Of a stretch of 61,229 bases of DNA, positions 1 to 9,448 are shown piece by piece. The notes beneath the pieces were generated by a model. That model was not told the DNA's origin. It did no database searches and was given only the letters and a program-made list of their open reading frames with translations. Position 1 is the stretch's first letter, and each line of letters opens with the position of its first letter. Source of the DNA: Flavobacteriales bacterium (lineage in GTDB: Bacteria; Bacteroidota; Bacteroidia; Flavobacteriales_F; PHOS-HE28). The DNA lies in contig JANMKC010000122.1 in the NCBI GenBank assembly GCA_031371785.1, forward strand, positions 1 through 61,229, given 5' to 3'. The translations under genes were made by a program, and so were the position numbers.

Positions 1-713
1 CACTCTCAAGGTCCCGCACACCGGCTGGAACACACACCACGTTGCGCAACGACTTCCTCATCGGCGCGATCACGGCCGACCTGCGCTGGGCCTTCCGCGA
101 AAAAATGGCACGCCTGCCGGGCCGGGAACTTTCCCTCGGCACGAAATATCCCGTGGTACATCTTCATGCGCTGCGCGCATGGAAGGGTTTGTGGGAAGGT
201 GAAGTGGGAACGTGGCGGTTGGATGCCATGGTGGAGAAGACCTTCCACATCCGGTTGGTGGGCGATCTCTCATTGCGGGTACTCGGCGGTATCGCCGATC
301 CCGGTTCGCCGATGCCGTTCCTGTACAACATGCGCGGCACGAACGGGGCAGGCCAGTTCCTGATCTCGGCGGACAACACCTTCGAGACGATGCGCCCGGA
401 TGAGTTCATGGCCGACAGGTATCTGTCTCTCCACATGCGCCACAGCTTCGGCACGCTGCTGGTGAAGGGCAAGCACTTCCATCCCAAGCCCGCCATCCTG
501 AGCAGTGCGGCATTCGGGGAATTGGCTCATCCTGAGTACCATCGCGGTCTGTCGTTCACCCCGCTGAAAGAGGGTTTCTTCGAGAGCGGCCTGCGCATCG
601 ATGACATCTTCAGCACGATCGGTGCGGGCATTTTCTATCGTTACGGCCCCTACACCTTCACCAAGGCCAGCGACAACTTCGTCCTCAAGCTTTCCGCTTC
701 GTTCGCGCTCTGA
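1..713 (+). CDS. C-terminal fragment of a large outer-membrane-type protein, truncated by the window edge (possibly DUF5686-like)
   Basis: The frame is open from nt 3 with no stop before 711-713, and the listed start at 42 is a TTG. The sequence ends ...GIFYRYGPYTFTKASDNFVLKLSASFAL, a hydrophobic/aromatic terminus typical of beta-barrel OMPs. The family guess is from memory only. Confidence 0.45.
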   Translation, partial: LSRSRTPAGTHTTLRNDFLIGAITADLRWAFREKMARLPGRELSLGTKYPVVHLHALRAWKGLWEGEVGTWRLDAMVEKTFHIRLVGDLSLRVLGGIADPGSPMPFLYNMRGTNGAGQFLISADNTFETMRPDEFMADRYLSLHMRHSFGTLLVKGKHFHPKPAILSSAAFGELAHPEYHRGLSFTPLKEGFFESGLRIDDIFSTIGAGIFYRYGPYTFTKASDNFVLKLSASFAL

Positions 714-807
714 GCTGCCGCAGGTCGGTATCGGGAAAGGTCTTTTCGTTCCTTTGCTCGCGCTCGTTGGCACCAGTGTGTTCCACGGCGTTCTCCCGGA
801 AAAAAAG

Positions 808-3207
808 ATGTGGGCCTGGCTCGCTAGCCGCGTTTTGCGCAACCGTATGGCGATCCTGATCGCGGTGGGCCTCATTACCGCATGGTTGGGCTTCGAGGCC
901 ACCAAGGTGGGCATGAACTACAAGCACGGTGGCCTGCTGCCCAATATCGACAGCGCCTACGTGGACTATGAACGCTTCCTGAGCACGTTCAAGGAGGACG
1001 GCAATGTGCTCGTGGTCGGTACGCAGGGCGAGGAGCTTTACACCCCGAAGAATTTCACCGCTTGGTACCAGCTCGGCAACAACCTGCACGCGATCACCGG
1101 CGTGGACAGCATCTTCAGCGAAGCGCACCTGTTCACACTGTTGCGCGACGATTCCTTGCAGCGGTTCCAGTTGAAGCAAGTGGTGAGCGCCCTTCCACGC
1201 ACGCAAGCGGAGATGGACACGCTGAAGAAGGGGATCCGTGCATTGCCGTTCTATCGCGGGCTGCTTTACAACGATAGCACGCATGCCAGCCTGATGATGG
1301 TGTTCGTGAACGCGAAGCTCTTCGATACCGATGCGCGACAGAAGGTGATCGACGCGATCGGGAAGCGCACGGACGCCTTCGCCGCGAGCACCGGCCTGCC
1401 TGTGTACCGCAGCGGCCTTCCATGGATACGCGTGAAGAGCACCAACCTGGTGAAGTCCGAGATGCCGCTCTTCATGATCATGAGCATGGCCCTGTGCGCA
1501 CTGCTGTTGCTGCTTTTTTTCCGCAGTTGGCGCGTTATGGGCATCTGCATGATGGTGGTGGCCATCAGCGTGGTGTGGACCTTCGGCTGCATGGCGTTGC
1601 TGGATTACAAGATCACCTTGTTGCAGTCCGTGATCGCGCCATTGGTGATCGTGACCGGTGTGCCGAACTGCGTGTTCCTGATCAACAGTTTCCATTACGA
1701 GTTCGTCCATCACGGCAATCGGGTGAAAGCCTTGCAGCGTGTCATCAGCCGCATCGGTGCCGCGGCCTTCATGACCAATGCGACCACGGCCGTAGGCTTC
1801 ACCACCTTCTGCGTAACGTACAGTGATGCGCTCGTTCAGTTCGGCTGGACAGCCACCATCGGCATCATGGTGCTGTGGGTGCTCAGCATGGTATTGATCC
1901 CCATCTTCTTCAGCTTCATGGGCGATCCGAAACCAAGGCATGTGAGCCACCTGGACCGCCACTGGCTCGACAAGGCCGTGGAGTGGATCGTGCGCATGTC
2001 CAAGGAGCACCGCCCGGCGATCTACATCGTTACCGCCATCGTTACGGTGCTCGCCTGCGTAGGCATGCTGCGCGTGAAAGACGAGAGCCGCATCGTGGAT
2101 GATCTGCCGGCGGACAATCCCGTTCTCACGGATCTGCGGTTCTTCGAAAGCAATTTCCATGGTGTGATGCCGCTGGAGATCGTGATCGACACGAAGAAGA
2201 AAGGAGGCGCGCTGAAGGATGCGACGTTGAAGCGCATCGAACGGCTCGGTGATACGCTCGCTCTCTATCCGGAATTCAGCAAGCCGCTCAGCATCGTGGA
2301 CGCCGTGAAGTTCACCAAGCAAGCGTTCTACGGCGGTGATCCCGCGCGCTACGAACTGCTCACCAGCACGGACAAGACCTTCATTCTGCCCTACGTGGAG
2401 AACGCCAGCAGCAAGCAGGGCATGGCCAAGGCTTTCATCGATAGCACGCGGCAAACCACACGCGTCACCGTGCAGATGGCCGATGTGGGCACTACGCGTA
2501 TGGAAGCATTGCTCACCCGGTTGCGGGCACAGACCGACAGCATTTTCCCGGCGGACAAGTTCAAGGTGACCTTCACCGGCACCAGCGTGGTGTTCCTGAA
2601 AGGCAGCGGCTACCTCGTGAGCAACCTCATCACGAGCCTTTTTTGGGCCATCGTGCTCATCGTTGCATTGATGGCGCTGCTTTTCAATTCGTTCCGCATC
2701 CTCATCGTTTCCCTCATCCCGAACGTGATCCCGCTGATCGTCACCGCCGGCATCATGGGCTTCTTCCACATCCCGATCAAGCCGAGCACGATGCTCGTCT
2801 TCGGCATCGCGCTGGGCATCGCCGTGGACAATGCGATCCACTTCCTGGCGCGTTACCGCATGGAGCTGAAACTTACCGGCCACGATCTCCGGCGCAGTGT
2901 GGATCTGGCGATACGGGAAGTGAGCGTGGGCATCATCTACACCAGTGTCGTGCTCCTCGCCGGTTTCTTCATGTTCGGCTTTTCGCACTTCGGTGGCATC
3001 AAGGCCCTGGGCATCCTCACGTCGATCACCTTGCTGGTGGCGATGTTCACCAACCTCTTGGTGTTGCCCGCACTGGTCCTCTCGTTCAACAAGAGGCTCA
3101 TGACGAAAGCCTTCGAGGAACCGCTGCTGGAGATCATGGATGAGGAGGATGATATCGATCTTGGCGAACTGAAATTGGAAACATCCAAAGAAGCGCCCAC
3201 CGAATGA
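808..3207 (+). CDS. RND/MMPL-family (sterol-sensing-domain type) membrane transporter
   Basis: The ORF is listed as 601..3207, but its first 69 codons overlap the upstream gene. The first sensible ATG is at 808 ([22 protein letters not shown]). The protein has two clusters of multiple hydrophobic helices separated by large soluble loops, the usual MMPL/RND permease layout. Confidence 0.8.
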   Translation: MWAWLASRVLRNRMAILIAVGLITAWLGFEATKVGMNYKHGGLLPNIDSAYVDYERFLSTFKEDGNVLVVGTQGEELYTPKNFTAWYQLGNNLHAITGVDSIFSEAHLFTLLRDDSLQRFQLKQVVSALPRTQAEMDTLKKGIRALPFYRGLLYNDSTHASLMMVFVNAKLFDTDARQKVIDAIGKRTDAFAASTGLPVYRSGLPWIRVKSTNLVKSEMPLFMIMSMALCALLLLLFFRSWRVMGICMMVVAISVVWTFGCMALLDYKITLLQSVIAPLVIVTGVPNCVFLINSFHYEFVHHGNRVKALQRVISRIGAAAFMTNATTAVGFTTFCVTYSDALVQFGWTATIGIMVLWVLSMVLIPIFFSFMGDPKPRHVSHLDRHWLDKAVEWIVRMSKEHRPAIYIVTAIVTVLACVGMLRVKDESRIVDDLPADNPVLTDLRFFESNFHGVMPLEIVIDTKKKGGALKDATLKRIERLGDTLALYPEFSKPLSIVDAVKFTKQAFYGGDPARYELLTSTDKTFILPYVENASSKQGMAKAFIDSTRQTTRVTVQMADVGTTRMEALLTRLRAQTDSIFPADKFKVTFTGTSVVFLKGSGYLVSNLITSLFWAIVLIVALMALLFNSFRILIVSLIPNVIPLIVTAGIMGFFHIPIKPSTMLVFGIALGIAVDNAIHFLARYRMELKLTGHDLRRSVDLAIREVSVGIIYTSVVLLAGFFMFGFSHFGGIKALGILTSITLLVAMFTNLLVLPALVLSFNKRLMTKAFEEPLLEIMDEEDDIDLGELKLETSKEAPTE

Positions 3208-4064
3208 AAGGCATCATCCTCGCCGGCGGCAGTGGCACGCGTTTGCATCCGCTCACCCTCGCGGTGAGCAAGCAATTGATGCCCGTGTACGACAAGCCGA
3301 TGATCTACTACCCGTTGAGCACGTTGATGGCGGCGGGTATCCGGGAGATCCTCATCATCAGCACACCGCACGATCTGCCCAACTTCCGCAAGTTGCTCGG
3401 CGATGGAAGGAACCTCGGATGCGAATTCAGTTATGCCGAACAACCCGTCCCGAACGGGCTCGCGCAGGCTTTCGTCATCGGTCGCGATCACATCGGGAGT
3501 GACAGCGTGGCGCTGATCCTCGGAGACAACATCTTCTACGGAAGTGGCTTGGGGCGCAAGCTCAACGAGCACTCATCGCTCGATGGCGGGCTCGTCTTCG
3601 CTTATCACGTCAGCGATCCGGAACGCTATGGAGTGGTGGAGTTCGATGAGGACGGCACCGTGCTGAGCATCGAGGAAAAGCCCGCGAAGCCGCGCAGCAA
3701 TTTCGCCGTGCCCGGGTTGTACTTCTACGACAACAGCGTGCTCGGCATCGCCGGGGATCTGAAGCCGAGCGCACGCGGCGAATACGAGATAACCGACGTG
3801 AACAAGGAATACTTGAGGCATGGGAAATTGAAGGTGGAGATCCTTGATCGCGGCACCGCATGGCTCGATACGGGCACTTTCGCTTCGCTCACCCAAGCGG
3901 GCCAGTTCGTGCAGGTGATCGAAGAGCGACAAGGCCTGCGCATCGGTTGCATCGAAGAGGTGGCGTTCAAGAAGGGCTTCATCGATGCGGCACAACTGGA
4001 AAGGCTCGCACAACCCTTGATGAAGAGCGGCTATGGGGAATATCTGATGAAGTTGTTGAAGTGA
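3204..4064 (+). CDS. rfbA: glucose-1-phosphate thymidylyltransferase
   Basis: The N-terminus [18 protein letters not shown] (the GXGTRL nucleotidyltransferase motif) and full-length similarity to RmlA ([35 protein letters not shown]). The ATG overlaps the transporter stop (ATGA). Confidence 0.95.
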   Translation: MKGIILAGGSGTRLHPLTLAVSKQLMPVYDKPMIYYPLSTLMAAGIREILIISTPHDLPNFRKLLGDGRNLGCEFSYAEQPVPNGLAQAFVIGRDHIGSDSVALILGDNIFYGSGLGRKLNEHSSLDGGLVFAYHVSDPERYGVVEFDEDGTVLSIEEKPAKPRSNFAVPGLYFYDNSVLGIAGDLKPSARGEYEITDVNKEYLRHGKLKVEILDRGTAWLDTGTFASLTQAGQFVQVIEERQGLRIGCIEEVAFKKGFIDAAQLERLAQPLMKSGYGEYLMKLLK

Positions 4065-4066
4065 GC

Positions 4067-5011
4067 ATGAACGGACATCGCGCGCTGTTCGATGCGCATC
4101 TGGAGAAGTGGATCGCGGAACTTCCGCAGGACGCGCTCCATGCCCCGATGGCCTACCTGTTGCGCCTTCCGGCGAAAAGAGTACGACCCACGCTGGTGCT
4201 CATGGGCTGCGAGCTCTTCGGCGGCCGGGCGGAGGATGCGCTCGATGCGGCGTTGGGGATCGAACTCTTCCACAACTTCACGCTGATGCACGACGACATC
4301 ATGGACGCAGCGCCGATGCGTCGTGGCCGACCCACCGTGCATGAGAAGTGGAACATGAACACCGCGATCCTGAGCGGCGACGCGATGCTGGTGAAAGCCT
4401 ATATGCGGATGGGCACGAATACGGATGTGCTCGCCTTGTTCAGCCGGTACGCGTTGCAGGTCTGCGAAGGCCAGCAGCGCGACATGGATTTCGAGGAACG
4501 TGACGATGTGCGGGTGGGCGAGTACCTCGAAATGATCCGGTTGAAAACAGCCGTATTGCTGTCGTGCTCGTTGCAAGTGGGAGCGACCATCGCTGGAGCG
4601 AGCGCGGATGATCGTGAACGTATCGGCGCTTTCGGCGAGCATCTGGGTCTCGCGTTCCAACTACGCGACGATCTGCTCGACGCCTTCGGTGAGCCGGAAA
4701 GAACGGGAAAGCAACAAGGCGGCGATCTGCGCGCGGGCAAGAAGACCTTCCTGTTGATCCGCGGATTGGAACGGAGCGTGCAAGAGGGCAGGAGCGAGCT
4801 GCGCGCTGAACTGGAAAAACCAACGGAACTCCGCGATCCATCGCGAATGCTTGGTACGATCGAAGCCTTGGGAGTGCGCGCAGAGACCGAGGCCGAGGTG
4901 ATGAGGCATGATGGCATCGCCTCCGCGCAATTGGACGCGATCCATGCGACGGATGAACGGAAGGCCGCGCTGCGCGAGCTCTCCGCTGCTTTGCTCGATC
5001 GCGTTCACTGA
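4067..5011 (+). CDS. polyprenyl diphosphate synthase (trans-isoprenyl diphosphate synthase family)
   Basis: The ORF is listed from 3860, but that part lies inside rfbA. The ATG at 4067 follows the rfbA stop. Both aspartate-rich motifs are present: LMHDDIMD and FQLRDDLLD. Confidence 0.9.
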   Translation: MNGHRALFDAHLEKWIAELPQDALHAPMAYLLRLPAKRVRPTLVLMGCELFGGRAEDALDAALGIELFHNFTLMHDDIMDAAPMRRGRPTVHEKWNMNTAILSGDAMLVKAYMRMGTNTDVLALFSRYALQVCEGQQRDMDFEERDDVRVGEYLEMIRLKTAVLLSCSLQVGATIAGASADDRERIGAFGEHLGLAFQLRDDLLDAFGEPERTGKQQGGDLRAGKKTFLLIRGLERSVQEGRSELRAELEKPTELRDPSRMLGTIEALGVRAETEAEVMRHDGIASAQLDAIHATDERKAALRELSAALLDRVH

Positions 5012-5907
5012 AGCGTGTCCTTCAAAGCTGACGAAAGTGTTCCATGTTGGAACCGGAAACCCGTGGCAAGCAATTTCGCGTTGCTCGCCCGCGATCCTTC
5101 GAGCAGCACATGGGCCAGTTCGCCCAGCACGATCTTGAGCGCCAATGCTGGGATCGCAGGCAAAATGAACGGACGCCCCAGCACCTTCGCTACGGCCTGC
5201 ATGAACTCGCGGTTCACGGGTTGATCGCTCGTGGTCACATTGTACGCGCCATGCATGCGGTCATCGGCGATAGCTCGCTGGTATGCACGTACGAGATCAT
5301 CGATATGTACCCACGGCATCCATTGCTTTCCACTGCCGAACGCTGCGCTGAGGCCCCAACGTGCGGGGGCGGCGAGTTTCGGCAGCGCGCCTCCATTTCT
5401 CGCGAGTACCATGGGCGTTCGCAATTTCACCACACGTGTGATGGTGCCCCATTCGTCTGCCCCATCCTCCCAATCTTTTGTCAGAAGGCCGATCGTGTCG
5501 TTCGCTGGAGGATCGTTCTCCGAAAAAACATGATCACCGGTGATCGCGCCGTAATAACCGATGCCACTGGCGCTGATGAAGGACTTCGGTCGGATGCCAT
5601 TTTCGATCGCGACCTTCAACAGAAGTCGCGCCGCACCACCACGACTTGCGCATAGCTGCTTCAAGCGTGACCTTGTCCAGCGCTTGTCGGCGATGCCCGC
5701 GCCGCTCAAGTGGATGACATGGTCCACGCCTTCCAATGCGCGAGCATCCACTTCGCCGCGCTCGATGTTCCATGCGAGCGCGCGCACCCCGTCGCGCTCT
5801 CCCGCCATGCGGCTCAACCAGCGCACGTCATGCCCATCGCGTTGCAATGCCTTGGTAAGCGCCCGCCCGATGAGGCCGCTTCCGCCGGTGATGAGGACGA
5901 TCGCCAT
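5005..5907 (-). CDS. TIGR01777/YfcH-like NAD-dependent epimerase family protein (SDR with DUF1731-type C-terminus)
   Basis: Rossmann N-terminus MAIVLITGGSGLIGRAL, about 300 aa, with a YfcH-like C-terminal region (LGRPFILPAIPALALKIVLGE...SNAKLLATGFRFQ). Confidence 0.8.
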   Translation of the reverse strand: MAIVLITGGSGLIGRALTKALQRDGHDVRWLSRMAGERDGVRALAWNIERGEVDARALEGVDHVIHLSGAGIADKRWTRSRLKQLCASRGGAARLLLKVAIENGIRPKSFISASGIGYYGAITGDHVFSENDPPANDTIGLLTKDWEDGADEWGTITRVVKLRTPMVLARNGGALPKLAAPARWGLSAAFGSGKQWMPWVHIDDLVRAYQRAIADDRMHGAYNVTTSDQPVNREFMQAVAKVLGRPFILPAIPALALKIVLGELAHVLLEGSRASNAKLLATGFRFQHGTLSSALKDTLQ

Positions 5908-5964
5908 GCAACGAAGGAACCGCGATGGCCGCCGTTCCTCCAGCGATCAACACATCGTTGACAA

Positions 5965-7848
5965 CTATCGCAAGAGCTGGAAGAAGGTCGTTCGCATGGA
6001 GCCCTCATCGATCACACGCAACGAATAGCCACCGTTCGGCAGGGAACTCGGCAACGCGATCTCCACACGGCCGTGTACGTTGTGCATAGGGAACACAGCC
6101 ACCAAACGTCCTTGCGCATCGATCACTTCCACGCGCTGTGCATTGGCGGGAACGCTGATCGACAAACTTCCACGGCTCGGATCCGGGAACAGATGGACAT
6201 CCTCGTTCACGCTTATCGGAGCGATGGAAGTGCCCAAGCAGGCCGGATCATTGGCGGGTAGGAGTGCTGTGATCGAGAGGCAGGCAACGGCGTTCGCACA
6301 GGGCACGGTACCCGGCACGGTATAGCAATACACTCCCAAAGGATCCGTTGCCGGGTCGAAGAACCCGCTGTGCGCTTGAGCGTCCGGTGAAGTCCAGCCA
6401 CCGCCGGGTTGAGGTGTGCCGAGCAGCGAATCGATCATGAGGACCGCGTCACCGTTCTCGCATACCGTGATGGCATTCTCGATCCCGGCATCCGAAGCCT
6501 GCACCGTGGTAACGGTGAGTACCGATGAGTCCGCCGGGCAATCGCCGATCGCGGTCACCACATAATGGTAGACGCCTGGTGAAACCTCCGTGAAGGTCCC
6601 GTCCGCATCCGGGCCGCCACCGAGGAGGTCGAACAGGTTGGGCGGCGGATCCGTGCTGCATATGCTGGCCGCGGTGTTCTCTCCGGCGTTCGGCGCGCTG
6701 GAAATGGTGATGGCGTACGAGAGGATCTGCGACGCGGGTTGTGGACAGGCATCGTCGGTGGCGTTTATCGTGAAGATGTAGGTGCCGGGAGCCACGCCAT
6801 CCGCGCTCCAGCACACGGTGGCGGTGGCCGGGTTCTCGCCGCTCACACTGAATACCGCACCGGGAAGAACGGTGGCCACGTTGCTCTCCAGCGCGAGGGT
6901 CTGCAGGTCATCCGGGTCGCTGATCACGGCATCGAAACAGAACGACGATCCGCCGCACACGGTAACGCTATAGTCATCCGTCTGCGTCACAGGACCGGTC
7001 AGGTTGGTGATGGTACCGGAGTTCGCATCCGGATTGTTGTTGGTGCAATCGATCACCACGAAAATGATGTCGCGCATCACCGAGCCGGTGAGTGCGTTGG
7101 CATCGTTGTACGCGTTCACTTGCACCGCGACGATGTAGTAGCCGATCAGTGCAGGCGTGAAATTCACCTGGCCTGTCGCCGCATCGAGGGTGATGCCGGG
7201 AACGGGCTCGGCACCGCTGAAGCCGGGCCGGTAGATCACCGGCTCCACCACGTTCGTAAAGCGGCGCGCGTCGATGAAGCTGTAGGCGAGTGAATCACCG
7301 TCCGGATCGCTCACGCCGAAGTTGTAGTTCACGGGTTGGTCCACGCACACATAGGGCAGTGCTGCTTCAGCGAAGACCGGCGAAGCATCGCAGACCGCCG
7401 TTGCGCTGTTCAGGACGGCTTCGATGTACTCGCCCTGGTTGCCGGTGAGGTTGAGCGAGGTGGCACGGCAGCAAATGTTCCAGCCTATCGTCCAGCTGTC
7501 GCATGGATCCAGCGCTATCTGCGTGTGGAACTCATAGAGCCGCATACCCGGCAATGTGCCGCCATTGCAGGTGCTATTGCCGATCTGCTGCGGGCAGAGC
7601 TGCGAAACCTCAACACCCTCCGGCACGGGGATCTGGCTCACATCGAAGGAGGTGCCGCACGAGCTGGCGAAATGCAGGTCCTGCGGGACCACGCTCGCCC
7701 CGCTGCAATCCACGAAGAGCTGGAGCGTCACATCATACTGGTGTTCGCCGAGGCAGGTCCAGGTGATATTGCCACCTGAATAATGGTTCGCAAGCGTGGG
7801 TAGTGAGAGCGTAGCGGCGATCAGGATGGCATAGAGGTTCCGGGTCAT
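5965..7848 (-). CDS. secreted multi-domain protein with a T9SS type A C-terminal sorting domain
   Basis: Signal peptide (MTRNLYAILIAATLSLPTLA). The N-terminal module is paralogous to that of the 4119-aa protein (GGNITWTCLG..., CDASPVF..., DPDGDSLAYSF). It also carries two NAG...C...W...YxYxV...C repeats. The Por_Secre_tail-like end reads LFPDPSRGSLSISV...GGYSLRVIDEG.... Confidence 0.8.
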   Translation of the reverse strand: MTRNLYAILIAATLSLPTLANHYSGGNITWTCLGEHQYDVTLQLFVDCSGASVVPQDLHFASSCGTSFDVSQIPVPEGVEVSQLCPQQIGNSTCNGGTLPGMRLYEFHTQIALDPCDSWTIGWNICCRATSLNLTGNQGEYIEAVLNSATAVCDASPVFAEAALPYVCVDQPVNYNFGVSDPDGDSLAYSFIDARRFTNVVEPVIYRPGFSGAEPVPGITLDAATGQVNFTPALIGYYIVAVQVNAYNDANALTGSVMRDIIFVVIDCTNNNPDANSGTITNLTGPVTQTDDYSVTVCGGSSFCFDAVISDPDDLQTLALESNVATVLPGAVFSVSGENPATATVCWSADGVAPGTYIFTINATDDACPQPASQILSYAITISSAPNAGENTAASICSTDPPPNLFDLLGGGPDADGTFTEVSPGVYHYVVTAIGDCPADSSVLTVTTVQASDAGIENAITVCENGDAVLMIDSLLGTPQPGGGWTSPDAQAHSGFFDPATDPLGVYCYTVPGTVPCANAVACLSITALLPANDPACLGTSIAPISVNEDVHLFPDPSRGSLSISVPANAQRVEVIDAQGRLVAVFPMHNVHGRVEIALPSSLPNGGYSLRVIDEGSMRTTFFQLLR

Positions 7849-7862
7849 GGCGAACGGGTTTT

Positions 7863-7889
7863 GGAAGGGACGTTGAAGTTAGCCCTTCC
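7863..7889 (-). terminator. possible hairpin terminator downstream of the 7936..8811 gene
   Basis: GGAAGGG-N13-CCCTTCC stem-loop lying 47 nt beyond the stop of the upstream minus-strand gene. There is no strong T-tract. Confidence 0.35.
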
Positions 7890-7935
7890 GACGATCGGCG
7901 AACATCGAATGTTGTCGCTTCGGGAGCGCTGACGA

Positions 7936-8811
7936 TCAGCGTGACTGCTCCAGCATCCGGAAGTCCTCGCTGATGAATCCTTCCTTCTTGCCGAACAATG
8001 CCGCGTCATCACGCAGGTACATCAGTTCGCCGGTATTGGCGTTGAAGATGCGCTTGAAGCACCATTTCGTTTTGTAGTCGCCGGTGATCACCACATCGCT
8101 GATGGCGACATCGGGCTGGCCGTTTTCAGCGGCGGCCATCAGCTGTGCGAGATCCATGATCTGGAGTTTCCTGGTATAGGTCTCCTTGGCTTTCGCGGCA
8201 TCGGGCACGCTCTTGTCCAGATGCTCCTTCGCGATCCAGAGGTCGATGTCCTTCACAAAACGGTTGCGGCTGGCGTAAAGACGATCGGCAGTGGCCTTGT
8301 CCGTGATCTTGCCGCTTTCAACTTGCTTCAAATAGTCCTGCAGGTTCTTCACATAGATGTTCAGCATGGCGCTGCTGGTATTGGCGAGCGCTTTCGCATC
8401 CACCATGATGCTCGCGAGCTCTTGCCCGGCGGGAAGGTTCGTGACGGCACCTGCCGTCACGCTCAGCGCTTCGCCCTTCTTTTGCTTCCAGCCTTGCACC
8501 AGCGCGAGGAAAACCGCATCATGCTTCTCCGCGTCGCTGCGCAGGATCTTCATCAGGTACGTCTTCGCGGGATCGAGCGGTTGCGTGGCCAGATCGTTGG
8601 CGCGGATGAAGTCCGTGCTCGCAGTGAATTTCCAGTTCGCCTTCATCGCGTTCATGATGTCGCGGTTGAAGGGTGAATCGCCGTCATCGAGCAACACCAG
8701 GGTGGTGCCGGTCTTTGCAGCCGTAACGGCTTTCGCGGTGAAGGTGCCGTATTGGGCGGTGGCGGTAAGCGCGGAGAGAACGGCGATGATGGTAAGAGCG
8801 GAGATGCGCAT
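7936..8811 (-). CDS. hypothetical secreted protein
   Basis: The ORF is listed to 8892, but the extra codons are translated from the heptamer repeat. The ATG at 8811 gives a clean signal peptide, MRISALTIIAVLSALTATAQ. No family was recognised. Confidence 0.65.
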   Translation of the reverse strand: MRISALTIIAVLSALTATAQYGTFTAKAVTAAKTGTTLVLLDDGDSPFNRDIMNAMKANWKFTASTDFIRANDLATQPLDPAKTYLMKILRSDAEKHDAVFLALVQGWKQKKGEALSVTAGAVTNLPAGQELASIMVDAKALANTSSAMLNIYVKNLQDYLKQVESGKITDKATADRLYASRNRFVKDIDLWIAKEHLDKSVPDAAKAKETYTRKLQIMDLAQLMAAAENGQPDVAISDVVITGDYKTKWCFKRIFNANTGELMYLRDDAALFGKKEGFISEDFRMLEQSR

Positions 8812-8814
8812 GAT

Positions 8815-8907
8815 GGATCGTTGATGGTTGTTGGTTGATGGTTGTTCGTGAGGTTGTCCATTGCGCGTTCGAACGCTACCAACAACCAACACCTAGCAAC
8901 CAAGAAC
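8815..8907. repeat. heptamer-arm hairpin element, copy 1 (divergent copy)
   Basis: The left arm is GGTTG-type (..TGATGGTTGTTGGTTGATGGTTGTT). The core is CGTGAGGTTGTCCATTGCGCGTTCGAACGCT. The right arm is CAACC-type (ACCAACAACCAACACCTAGCAACCAAG). It starts 4 nt upstream of the ATG at 8811. Confidence 0.75.
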
Positions 8908-8965
8908 CGATGGGCGACGAAAATAGTGCCGCGATCCAACGACCTTTGGCCGAGTTGTGAACCGC

Positions 8966-9325
8966 ATGCACGGGAAATTGTCAGCGACGGGCGTGGAGGG
9001 CCTGCGCAAGCGCTTGGATGAAGCGCAGGTGCTGCAAGAGACCGTGGCGCAATTGCGGAAGGACCTCAACGACGAGGGCATCCTGCTTCCGCCGACCGAT
9101 GAAAAGGCATTCGAGATGCTGCGTGCAGCTGTTCTTCATCTTATGGAAGGCTGGCAGCGTAGTGGTTCCACGGCGTTCTCGCGGGCCATCAACCGGGTAG
9201 ACCTTACAGAGCCGATGGTGGATGATGCGATAGCACGCGGGGGCACGCATGAGTTGGCAGGCATGATGGTATTGCATTGCTTGCAGAAGGTGCTTTCGCG
9301 GAAGCGGTTCGCAGGAAAGTTCTGA
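8966..9325 (+). CDS. hypothetical protein (small, soluble)
   Basis: The ORF is listed as 8957..9325 from a GTG. The first ATG is at 8966. Codon usage is typical of the host. No motif was recognised. Confidence 0.55.
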   Translation: MHGKLSATGVEGLRKRLDEAQVLQETVAQLRKDLNDEGILLPPTDEKAFEMLRAAVLHLMEGWQRSGSTAFSRAINRVDLTEPMVDDAIARGGTHELAGMMVLHCLQKVLSRKRFAGKF

Positions 9326-9448
9326 GCTTCTACCGCAAAGGGCGCGCGGTATGACCATCAGTGGACAATGCGTTGTGCATTTCTCAGCGTTCCCGGTGCC
9401 ATTGCGCCTCTGCGGTGAAGCACCCCGATCCTACCTTCGTAGCCTCGC

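Noticed and set aside
685-2988. A 767-aa ORF antisense to the RND/MMPL transporter. Similar long antisense ORFs occur at 9431..11695 (754 aa, opposite sucA), 26211..28418 (735 aa, opposite the PorE-like gene), 45952..47847 (631 aa, opposite the VCBS gene) and 16476..17576.
   Set aside because: Their products are Arg/His/Ala/Gly/Val-rich with no recognisable motifs, and each lies exactly opposite a gene with strong family signatures. In GC-rich DNA with GC-biased third positions, the antisense frames lack stop codons by chance.
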